Below, piece by piece: positions 16,252 to 24,276 of a stretch of DNA of 35,362 nt. The notes beneath the pieces were generated by a model, which was not told the DNA's origin, ran no database searches, and saw nothing but the letters and a program-made list of their open reading frames with translations. Each line of letters starts with the position of its first letter. The stretch's first letter is position 1. The translations under genes and the position numbers were made by a program. Origin of the DNA: a virus (lineage: Duplodnaviria > Caudoviricetes); IMG/VR virus record IMGVR_UViG_3300017766_003777, positions 1 to 35,362 of that record; one strand, 5' to 3'.

Positions 16252-17481
16252 TTACCGCTTCTTGCTGAGGCGGTTGTGGATTGCCTTCTTGAACTCCTCG
16301 GGCTTGCCCGCGAACTCGCGGACAAGGTCGGAGACGGTGGAAGTGTCGATGTCGGAAGTCGGGAGCGCGGCGCGGCTCATGTCGATGCGAACGCCCATCG
16401 GATCGCGGGCGAACAGTTCGCGCCAAGTGTCGATCAGGTCGGCGGGATCGCGGCTCGACATCAGGTCGGAGATGAGGCGCGGGCGACGAGCCGCGGGGAT
16501 GCGGTAGCCGTCCTGCTCCATCGCGTCGAGTTCGCGGGAGAACTTCTCCTTCGCGAGTTCCGCCTTCATGGTCGCGAGTTCACGCGCCATGCGGGTGTTC
16601 TCGCGGCGCATCGCGAACAGGTCGGGGCGACCGCTGCGGGACGCGGGGAAGACCTCGTCCTCCATCTCGTCCTCGTCCTCCTCGTCATCCTCGCCGCCGT
16701 GCGAGTCGATGTCGATGTGGACGCCGTCGCCGTCGCCCTCCTCCTCGGCGAACTGATCGGCGATCATGTCGTCAGCCGCCATCTCTTCCTTGTCGCCCTC
16801 GCGCTCAAGGGCGTTCATGGTCTCGTCCTCGTCCTCGGCGAACCGCTTCTTGAACTGATCGCTGAGTTCGGTCAGCGCGTTCTTGAGCGCGGCGATCTGC
16901 CCGCTGTAGTCGTTGTCTGCCATGTTGGTTTCCTTCGTGTCGGGAATGAAAGTGGAAAGCCCGCCACCGACCGTTCCCATGTCGAAGCGGAGAGGTCTGC
17001 TGAAAGTGACGCGCTCGCCCTTGCGGGTGAAGTGCGTGTCGGGAAGCGGACGACGCGGGGTCTCTCGACCGAGCAGAGCCACCTCCGACAGATGGTTCTG
17101 ATCCTGCCAGATCTCCGCGCTGCGCCGAGGGAATGCGTTCGTCGCGAGCAACTTTTCGAACACGCCGCGCTCGACCTCGCAGTCGCCGACGATGTAGCCG
17201 ACGCCGCCGCGCTCCTGATACGCGATCTTGGTGAAGCGCCCGACGCTCGACTTCGGCTCGTCGCCGTTCTTCTCATGCATCACGACGAGGCGCGGATTCG
17301 ACCCGCGCTCCATGTAGCGGTTCGTGCTCGCGACGATGTCGCGCACGCGCTCGTTGTCGAACTTCGTGAGTTCGTCGTCGTGGTCGCCGTCGATGGACGG
17401 GTCGTATGCGCAGAACACCTCAAGGTCGTGGATCACGACCTTCTCGCCGTTCTCGGTGATGCGGTGCGAAGGGTTCGTCAT
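16252..17481 (-). CDS. Prohead protease / scaffold fusion (409 aa), probable internal scaffold start at 16923
   Basis: N-terminal protease-like domain (LVVMH, RRSAEI, LSEVALLG..P), acidic and coiled-coil C-terminal part; AAGGAAACCAAC-ATG at 16923. Confidence 0.75.
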   Translation of the reverse strand: MTNPSHRITENGEKVVIHDLEVFCAYDPSIDGDHDDELTKFDNERVRDIVASTNRYMERGSNPRLVVMHEKNGDEPKSSVGRFTKIAYQERGGVGYIVGDCEVERGVFEKLLATNAFPRRSAEIWQDQNHLSEVALLGRETPRRPLPDTHFTRKGERVTFSRPLRFDMGTVGGGLSTFIPDTKETNMADNDYSGQIAALKNALTELSDQFKKRFAEDEDETMNALEREGDKEEMAADDMIADQFAEEEGDGDGVHIDIDSHGGEDDEEDEDEMEDEVFPASRSGRPDLFAMRRENTRMARELATMKAELAKEKFSRELDAMEQDGYRIPAARRPRLISDLMSSRDPADLIDTWRELFARDPMGVRIDMSRAALPTSDIDTSTVSDLVREFAGKPEEFKKAIHNRLSKKR

Positions 17482-17930
17482 ATCGTGAAGGAGTACGCGA
17501 ACGACCCGAGATCGGGTCGGTTCTGAATGGTGATCGTGCCCGTGCCTGCGGTCGAGATCGGAGGTCGGATGCCGATCTGAACGACATCGGTCGGTTGAAT
17601 CGTGTTCGGGTTCGAAGTCAATGTCGAGCCGTTGTTGATCCTGACGATGACGGGCGGCGCGACTCCCGTGGTCGCGGTCACGACGATGCGGTAGGTGAAC
17701 GAAACGCGGGCGAAGTCGAACTGAAACTGCACCGCACCGCTCGGTGCGGCGTTCTGCACGACGGCGACACCTCCGCTCGGCGCGACATACAGGTCGAGAC
17801 CCGAAGTCCCGCTCGCGCTGCCCTTGGGGAACGGCGTCGGCGCAATGCCGTCACGCACTCCGCGCAGCCCACATCCCGCGGAGCAGAGCACCGCAGGGCG
17901 TGAGTAGCGTTTGGTGCGGGGTGCAGCCAT
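17478..17930 (-). CDS. Putative virion protein of unknown function (150 aa)
   Basis: Coupled by TGATG and ATGA overlaps within the head operon; beta-rich C-terminal domain. Confidence 0.65.
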   Translation of the reverse strand: MAAPRTKRYSRPAVLCSAGCGLRGVRDGIAPTPFPKGSASGTSGLDLYVAPSGGVAVVQNAAPSGAVQFQFDFARVSFTYRIVVTATTGVAPPVIVRINNGSTLTSNPNTIQPTDVVQIGIRPPISTAGTGTITIQNRPDLGSFAYSFTI

Positions 17931-18487
17931 CAGACCGTATTCCAGAGGATTCCCATGACCGACGAAGTTGTGGTCGTCTTGAACTGAGCAGTAATGAGTT
18001 GCGCGCCGAGCGGATCGACCGTCACCGATGCAGTCAGCGTCGTAGCCGCGAGCGCGGTTCCAGGCGAGTAGAGCGTCGGCACGGGACCGTAGGCGTTGCT
18101 TGTGATCGCCGAGTAGAAGAACCGCTGCGTTCCATTGATGGAGAGGTTCGGGATCGACGCCGTGGTCGTGCTGTAGGTCAGCGTTGCATCAAGCAGCGTG
18201 ATCGGAACCCACACGACCACACCCGTGGTCTGCGTGTACGAAGTCCACTTCGTGAGACGGATGCCGACCGCGGCGTAGTTGTTGGCGTTCGCGAACGGAA
18301 CAACATTGAGCAGCGATGCATCGGGAACGAGCGCGAGATTGCCGACTCCCGCGTCATACAGCACAGCCGTCGCGCCCGTCGTCGTGGGCTTCGTCGTCGT
18401 CGGAAGCGCGTCGGTGTAGGTCGTGGCAGGCGATGCCGTGACGATTCCGAACTGATACGCGGGGGTGCTGATGCGTGCGTCTGCCAT
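17930..18487 (-). CDS. Putative virion protein of unknown function (185 aa, Thr-rich)
   Basis: Clean ORF in head operon. Confidence 0.7.
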   Translation of the reverse strand: MADARISTPAYQFGIVTASPATTYTDALPTTTKPTTTGATAVLYDAGVGNLALVPDASLLNVVPFANANNYAAVGIRLTKWTSYTQTTGVVVWVPITLLDATLTYSTTTASIPNLSINGTQRFFYSAITSNAYGPVPTLYSPGTALAATTLTASVTVDPLGAQLITAQFKTTTTSSVMGILWNTV

Positions 18488-18493
18488 GTCGGA

Positions 18494-18502
18494 ATCCTAT
18501 CA
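18494..18502 (-). promoter_or_regulatory. Candidate extended -10 promoter giving a leaderless mRNA
   Basis: TGA-TAGGAT-N6-ATG(18487); same layout at 24276 and 26125. Confidence 0.4.
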
Positions 18503-19603
18503 ACCGCTGATAAAACCGCGATCAGGAACTTCGCCTCTGTCAATCAACGCCTGCCGCGATCCGTTCACGGATCGGATGGCGTCGAAGTCGGGGTTGCCGT
18601 CCTCGTCGCACAGCCCCTCGCGGACGGCGACCGCAATCGGGATCGGAGTCCAAGTGCAGCGGCAGTTGAACCCGAGCGGCGTCGGGATGCCCATGCCGTC
18701 GATCATGGCGACCGTGGCGACATAGCCGTCCATCGCCCTGTGCGTCGGACGGGTGCGGCGATCCTTGGTCGAGCGGAACCGCATGAGCGGCACGAACCGC
18801 TGCACCGTCGGCTCCCGCACGATGTCGAGACGCCCCTGCGACTGCGCTCGGTTGATGTTGGTGCGGTAGACCGTCTCAAGGCGGGCGGCGGTCAGGTCGG
18901 TGCCCGTCTTCAGGACGGTCTGCTCCACGAAGTCGCCGACGCCGAGTTCCTGCAGCCGCTTGCCCGCGACGGACTGCGTGACCTCCCCGCGGATGGTCTT
19001 GGCGAGCAGGTTCTTGGTCTGCAGGATCTGCTTCGGCGACAGCCCCGTCACGAAGAACGACCCCTGCACCGCCGCCTGCACGGCGGGGTCGCGGCGCTTG
19101 CGGACGATCTCAGGCGCGTCCTCGGGGGTCGGGAACGGCGTCCCGCGGATCAGGGCAGCGAGGTCGGGGCTGCGCTCCATAATGCGCTCTAGCGCGTTTG
19201 CAGCCTCGTCCGAGCGCATCTCCGACGCCGCGGAGAACGCGTAGGAGATCAGTTCCTCCCACCGCTGCCGCGTCATCGGAAGCAGGCGGATGTAGCGTTC
19301 GATGACCTCGCGGGCGATGCCCGAGCGGAACCGCACGGAGACCGAGTCGGGCGTCTTCTGAAACCGAGAGATGGGGGCTTCGCCTACCGCCCTCTCGGGG
19401 ACGCCTGCGGCTCGGACGGTCGTGAGCGCGCCCGACGCCCATGAGATCAGCAGCAGGGCGGCTGTGTCGTCCTCCCACCGCCGCCACGCCTCGGTGGGGT
19501 CAACGCCCTCGACCGACGACGCGATGGCGTCCCTGTACGCCTCGTCGCCGTCCTTGAGGAGCCTCGCGAGCAGGCGGTCAACCGAGAGGTCGTTTACCAC
19601 CAC
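18500..19603 (-). CDS. MuF/SPP1 gp7-family minor head protein
   Basis: RLETVYRTNINRAQSQGR, DRRTRPTHRAMDG and PLGFNCRC motifs; follows the portal. Confidence 0.88.
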   Translation of the reverse strand: MVVNDLSVDRLLARLLKDGDEAYRDAIASSVEGVDPTEAWRRWEDDTAALLLISWASGALTTVRAAGVPERAVGEAPISRFQKTPDSVSVRFRSGIAREVIERYIRLLPMTRQRWEELISYAFSAASEMRSDEAANALERIMERSPDLAALIRGTPFPTPEDAPEIVRKRRDPAVQAAVQGSFFVTGLSPKQILQTKNLLAKTIRGEVTQSVAGKRLQELGVGDFVEQTVLKTGTDLTAARLETVYRTNINRAQSQGRLDIVREPTVQRFVPLMRFRSTKDRRTRPTHRAMDGYVATVAMIDGMGIPTPLGFNCRCTWTPIPIAVAVREGLCDEDGNPDFDAIRSVNGSRQALIDRGEVPDRGFISG

Positions 19604-21072
19604 GACCGCCTGCTGAAGGTGCGCGGCGCGCCCTCAGCGGGCGTGACGCCCTCGGGCGGCTGCGCGGCGTCCTGCTGCAGCCAACTGCCGACGGCGGTCT
19701 GCGGCTGCGCGCCGACGCCCGTTGCGGACATCCCAAGCACCTGCTCGCCCTCGTCGGGCTGCGACAGACCGAGGAGGTCTCGCACCTCGGACTCGGACAC
19801 GCGCCCGCCCATGCTGACGAACTTCTCAATCGCCTCAAGGCGCTCCTTCGGGTCGGGACGCTCGGGGGCGAACTCAAACCGCAGGCAGGAGATCGTCTCC
19901 TCGTCGGCGCCGAGCATGTCCGCGACGACCTTGACGAAGTCGTTCGTCATGCTGTCGGCGAGCGCGTCGGCGTGGTAGCGGATGATGCGGGACAGGGTGT
20001 CGGCGTGGAGGTTCGCGACCCCCGAGCCGAGACCCGTCGCAGCCGCCTCGGACGAGAGGTTCTGCCCGAGGATCGCTTCCTTGATCTTCCCCGAGAACCA
20101 ATTGACGAGTTCCATGAACACCTGAGCGCGACCTGCGTTCGGCTCCTTGATGTCGATGTCGTAGATCCTCTCGGTGCCCGACTGCGGCAGCAGGACGCTG
20201 TTGTCGTTGGTCAGGTTCGCAAGCACCTGCTCCATCATGTTGCGCCCCGCGTCCTGCCCGAGCGGGTAGTAGCCGACGCGGATGCCCATCGCGTAACGCT
20301 CGGCGTAGGTGATCGCGTCCTGCAAAATCTCCTGCTTGGCGAGCCACATGAACCAACAGACATCTCGGGCGCCGACGCCGCGGTAGATCGACTCGCTTGA
20401 GTTCGGGTCGTTGAAGTCGGGCGCGTTGATGAACACGCGGTGCAGGATGATGCTCCTGCGCTCGCGGTCATCGAAGATGTGAACCTGAGCGTCGAAGCCG
20501 ATGTTCAGGGACGCGACCCCGCTCGCCGCGTAAGCCGCGCCGACGCGCATCGCGAGGTTGCCTCGTTGGTCGTAGGCGAGCGTGTCGGGGTGGAACGGAT
20601 ACCACTCCTTGATCCTCACGCCGAGCCGCGGGTCGCGGTCGTAGACGAGGTTGCACGCCGAGTTGCCGTACCACACCGCCTCATGCATGGCGCGGACGAA
20701 GTCGCTGCGGCGCGGCATCGCCGAGAAGATGTCGCTGATGCGCTGCGCCATCTCGACGCCCTTCTCGTTCTCCTCGTCGGTGCAGGTGACCTGCCACTCA
20801 AGGGACGCGAGCGTCACCTGCAGCGAGCGGAGGACGCCTTCGATGTCGGCGTCCGCCCGCATCATCTGCTGATACTGCGGGTTCAGCCTGTACGCGAGGC
20901 TGCTGTTGCGCAGCATCTTGTCGGCGGTCGTGAAGAACGACCGCTGCACCTCGACGGAGGTCGCCAACGGCTCGCCGATGCCGCGCTCCATCGGAGCGGG
21001 CAGCGGCTTGCGCGGGCGTTCGTCGGGAGTCAGCCCGTTTCCGAGTGGGTTCGTGTCGGGCTTCTTCGCCAT
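19594..21072 (-). CDS. Portal protein (DUF935 / Mu gp29-like)
   Basis: AVWYGNS, AERYAMGIRVGYY, IKEAILGQNLS...GLGSGVANLH motifs; size and position. Confidence 0.88.
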   Translation of the reverse strand: MAKKPDTNPLGNGLTPDERPRKPLPAPMERGIGEPLATSVEVQRSFFTTADKMLRNSSLAYRLNPQYQQMMRADADIEGVLRSLQVTLASLEWQVTCTDEENEKGVEMAQRISDIFSAMPRRSDFVRAMHEAVWYGNSACNLVYDRDPRLGVRIKEWYPFHPDTLAYDQRGNLAMRVGAAYAASGVASLNIGFDAQVHIFDDRERRSIILHRVFINAPDFNDPNSSESIYRGVGARDVCWFMWLAKQEILQDAITYAERYAMGIRVGYYPLGQDAGRNMMEQVLANLTNDNSVLLPQSGTERIYDIDIKEPNAGRAQVFMELVNWFSGKIKEAILGQNLSSEAAATGLGSGVANLHADTLSRIIRYHADALADSMTNDFVKVVADMLGADEETISCLRFEFAPERPDPKERLEAIEKFVSMGGRVSESEVRDLLGLSQPDEGEQVLGMSATGVGAQPQTAVGSWLQQDAAQPPEGVTPAEGAPRTFSRRSWW

Positions 21073-21079
21073 TCGTTCC

Positions 21080-21247
21080 TCAGAGCAGCGGGTTCAGTTG
21101 CAGCAGGATGCGCTTCGCGTCCTCGCCGTGGAAGTGCTCGACGCCGTAGATCGTGGTGACGGTCACGACATCCCCGAACTGCGAGACTCGGGTGATGGCG
21201 TGGATCGGGATCCACACCTGTTCGCTGACCTGCAGCAATCCGCTCAT
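21080..21247 (-). CDS. Small protein of unknown function (55 aa), missing from the ORF track
   Basis: MSGLLQVSEQVWIPIHAITRVSQFGDVVTVTTIYG...; ATGA overlap with upstream stop, GGAG RBS. Confidence 0.7.
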   Translation of the reverse strand: MSGLLQVSEQVWIPIHAITRVSQFGDVVTVTTIYGVEHFHGEDAKRILLQLNPLL

Positions 21248-24200
21248 GCGTGCGGCTCTCCGAATTCGATCACGACGGCGTTGTCGGCGACCGTGATGCG
21301 GTCGGACGGCACGATACCGACGAGGGGCTTGCGGAGCGAGACGGCGAGGCGACCCGCGCTGCCGTCCTGCTTCGCGAACTTCACGGTGCCGCGCCCGCCC
21401 TCGACGGTGACGGACTCAGGGGCGTACCCCATCTTGACGGCGAGGTCGCGCAGGCTGTCGGCGGCGTGCGTGGACTTCGCGCCCGTGCGGGACATGAACC
21501 CGCCCGTGCGGCGCGCAAGACGACCCTCGGACGAAGCCTTGTGCAGTTCGATTGCCTTCTCCACGCTCGGCACGGGAATCGCCTCGGCTCCCTTGGCGAG
21601 ATAGAGCACGCCGCCATCGCGCTCAATGACCCACCCGCCCGACAACTTCTGAATGACCTCGGCGGCGTGTGTGGACTTCGCGCCGTTGCGGGATTTCATG
21701 CGACCCATCATTTCGTTCTCCACGATGTCATATGCCCTGCTTGCCGACTTCGCAGTTTCCGCATCAACGAGTTTCTTGGAGGAAAGCCAAGTGTTTGCGT
21801 AGGTGTGCCACATGGTCGGCGTTGCCTCACGCGTCACCTTGCGAAGTTCGTCCGCAAGTTGCGAAACGGAAACGCCGAACGCCGCCTTCGCGCCTGTGCG
21901 GGAGAATCGCCCTCCAGAACTGACCGACTCGCTGTAGTCGATCAGCCAACCCTTCACCATAGCGATCTTCTGCCTTGCCTGCCTGATGTTCTCGGCTTCA
22001 AGATCGATGAGGGCAGCATTGAGGATTTCGTACAACTTCTTTGCCCACGAAGTCAGCGCGAACGACGCCTTTGTTCCCTTGCGGGAGAAGTTCATGCCGT
22101 GGTACTTGCGAAGCCGCGACTCGACATTGTCCATGCCCGTGTCGGTTGGACGGAATGACCCGTTGATGATGTCGCCGACGAGTTTCGCGAGACCCTCGGG
22201 CTTGTCGAGTCCCTGCCACGATCCGCCCTTGGCGATGTAGGTCTGCACCTTCTGCCGCAGGACTTCGATGCGAGAATCAACGCTGAACGCCGCCTTCGCG
22301 CCCGTGCGGGACATTTGCTCCTTGCGGATGCGGGGCAGGCTCTTCAACTCCCACGGAATGTATCCCTTGAGAACCTCAACAATGCGGTCGTGGTACTCAG
22401 GGTCTACGATGAGGAAACCATTTTTCCAATCGAATGCGCTGTCGGGGATCTTTGCATCCGAAAGCATGATGTTGATCGACCGCTCCAACCCAAACGCAGC
22501 CTTTGCGCCGTTGCGGGACAACTTGATCTTCAGCAACTTGGACGCGCTTTCCGCAGATCGAAGGAGTTCGTCCATGTTCTGCTTCGACTCGCGGAGCACC
22601 CCATCTCGCGTGATCTGAACTGCGTGCCTTTCGGCGAGGTCAGAGATACCGCGCAGGTCGGATGCGAGCGAGGAAGCAGCCGCCGCCAACTTGTACATGG
22701 CTCGCTGATACTTCCCTGCAAGTGCCCGCTGTTCTGGTGTCATGTTGTCTGCAACGCGGTTGGGATCGTGGTCGTAAGTGAACGCCGCCTTTGCGCCCGT
22801 GCGGGAGTTGAGTCCCCTCGCGGCTACATCGTTCAGGTGGATGGTCACGACGCCGACCACAGCATTTCCGCGCTGCTCCGAGCCGCTGTCGATGCTGACC
22901 CTGTTGATGCCGCTGCCCCGTTTGGCGAACTCCTGCGACAACTTGCTCGCGGCATTTGCTGCGACGAGCGGTTCGGGAAACACAAGAATCAACAGACCGC
23001 GAGCCTGATCGAACTTGGTCGTCTCAGGGTAGAAGCCGAGCGACTTCAGGATACGCTCCGTGTAGTACGCTGCGCCGACGAGCGTTGCGGCGTGCGTGGA
23101 CTTTGTTCCTGTCTTCATGTGCTGCGCCTTCTGATAGATGAAATCGGTGAGTTTCGCCGCGGGCATGTCAACGACCGAGCCGTTCGGCTGCGTGACCTTG
23201 TAGACCGATCCGCCCGCGGCGGGGTCGTAGCGGACATTGCCGAGGCGGTAGCCCATCTGCGCGAGCGCGGCGGACGCCTCGTCAATGTTGAGCCGCCGCT
23301 TGCCCTTGGGGAGCGCGATGTTGTGGGAGAATCGCATCTTGAGTTCGGATGCAAGATGCTTCGTCGCGTCCTGCAACGCCTCCCACCAGTCGGTTCGCGA
23401 TGCGGTTCCCTGCGCCACCAACCTTTGAATCGCAAGGAACTGTTCCTCTAGTTTTTCGATGCGGCTTTCGACCGCTTGCGTGCTAGAAGAGGGATCGCCT
23501 TCCAGTTCGGATTTCCGAGCGCGTTGCAGCAAGTTGCGAAGTCTCTTCAATTCGCGATCTGCGCGATTGATTGCTGCTTTCGCATCCTTGACCGCCTGCG
23601 CCCTGTCGATGCTTGCAAAGCGGGCGTTCTTTGCCTTGTCGATCTGCTCGACCTTGCGCGCCGCCCACGACTTGCCCGAGTCACCGCCCCACAGCAGCCA
23701 CGCGATGTAGCCTGCGTCGTCCTCGCCGCCCGCCTGATTGCCTTCGTGGCGGGAGAAGAACGAGTGCATGCGCTTGACGGTCTCGGGCGAGAGGTTCGCC
23801 TTGTTCTTGATGTCGCGGGCGCGTGCCACGCCGACCGCCGTGCCGCCCCTGCCGTGCTTCTCGCGCAGTTCAAGCCCTCGGGCTGCGTTGCGCGCCATCG
23901 CGTCGGTCGGGGTCAGGTCGAGGTCGGCGACCGCGAAGCGGGTGCGGGAATGGTTCGCCTTCCGAATCTTGGCAACGCTGACGCGGTACTTTCGCATCCG
24001 CGCCTCTTCCTTCGCCGCCTGTGCCTCGACGGCGGCTTTCGCCTCGGGCGTAGTCGCCTGCTCCCACAACCGATGCCACGCGTCCATCCGCTCGCGAGCG
24101 ATTCGGAATGCGTCATCGCCCCGCTTTCGGAGCGCGTCATCCTGCGGGGTGATCTGATACATCGCGGTTTGCGTGATGTGCCGCGTGACCGTGTCGCGGG

Positions 24201-24261
24201 CAACGAGAGCCGCGTACTCCGATTCGGTCACGGGTAGATCGTAATCACGCGGGATCGCCAT
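21244..24261 (-). CDS. Modular 1005-aa protein with repeated linkers; putative capsid-packaged polyprotein
   Basis: Single long ORF between TerL and portal; 8 copies of an SRxGxK(AAF/ASF/STHAA)-type linker; includes a GRGGT.VGVARA...IAWLLWGGD domain recalled from phage head proteins. Confidence 0.85.
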   Translation of the reverse strand: MAIPRDYDLPVTESEYAALVARDTVTRHITQTAMYQITPQDDALRKRGDDAFRIARERMDAWHRLWEQATTPEAKAAVEAQAAKEEARMRKYRVSVAKIRKANHSRTRFAVADLDLTPTDAMARNAARGLELREKHGRGGTAVGVARARDIKNKANLSPETVKRMHSFFSRHEGNQAGGEDDAGYIAWLLWGGDSGKSWAARKVEQIDKAKNARFASIDRAQAVKDAKAAINRADRELKRLRNLLQRARKSELEGDPSSSTQAVESRIEKLEEQFLAIQRLVAQGTASRTDWWEALQDATKHLASELKMRFSHNIALPKGKRRLNIDEASAALAQMGYRLGNVRYDPAAGGSVYKVTQPNGSVVDMPAAKLTDFIYQKAQHMKTGTKSTHAATLVGAAYYTERILKSLGFYPETTKFDQARGLLILVFPEPLVAANAASKLSQEFAKRGSGINRVSIDSGSEQRGNAVVGVVTIHLNDVAARGLNSRTGAKAAFTYDHDPNRVADNMTPEQRALAGKYQRAMYKLAAAASSLASDLRGISDLAERHAVQITRDGVLRESKQNMDELLRSAESASKLLKIKLSRNGAKAAFGLERSINIMLSDAKIPDSAFDWKNGFLIVDPEYHDRIVEVLKGYIPWELKSLPRIRKEQMSRTGAKAAFSVDSRIEVLRQKVQTYIAKGGSWQGLDKPEGLAKLVGDIINGSFRPTDTGMDNVESRLRKYHGMNFSRKGTKASFALTSWAKKLYEILNAALIDLEAENIRQARQKIAMVKGWLIDYSESVSSGGRFSRTGAKAAFGVSVSQLADELRKVTREATPTMWHTYANTWLSSKKLVDAETAKSASRAYDIVENEMMGRMKSRNGAKSTHAAEVIQKLSGGWVIERDGGVLYLAKGAEAIPVPSVEKAIELHKASSEGRLARRTGGFMSRTGAKSTHAADSLRDLAVKMGYAPESVTVEGGRGTVKFAKQDGSAGRLAVSLRKPLVGIVPSDRITVADNAVVIEFGEPHA
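21461..23118 (-). repeat. Eight dispersed 30-39 bp in-frame linker repeats
   Basis: Copies at about 21461, 21661, 21877, 22060, 22285, 22492, 22780 and 23086; consensus TCCCGCACGGGCGCGAAGGCGGCGTTC. Confidence 0.85.
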
Positions 24262-24267
24262 GCTCCC

Positions 24268-24276
24268 ATCGTATCA
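24268..24276 (-). promoter_or_regulatory. Candidate extended -10 promoter for the polyprotein gene (leaderless)
   Basis: TGA-TACGAT-N6-ATG(24261). Confidence 0.4.

Noticed and set aside
9196-19192. Long plus-strand ORFs (9196-11145, 11081-12124, 12803-14200, 16276-17526, 17744-19192)
   Set aside because: Antisense shadows of the structural genes, typical of high-GC DNA; Arg/His-rich translations with no RBS or motifs.
21461-23118. Polyprotein DNA repeats as a CRISPR array
   Set aside because: Repeats are degenerate with variation that preserves the peptide, the intervals are about 180-310 bp and in frame, and there are no cas genes.
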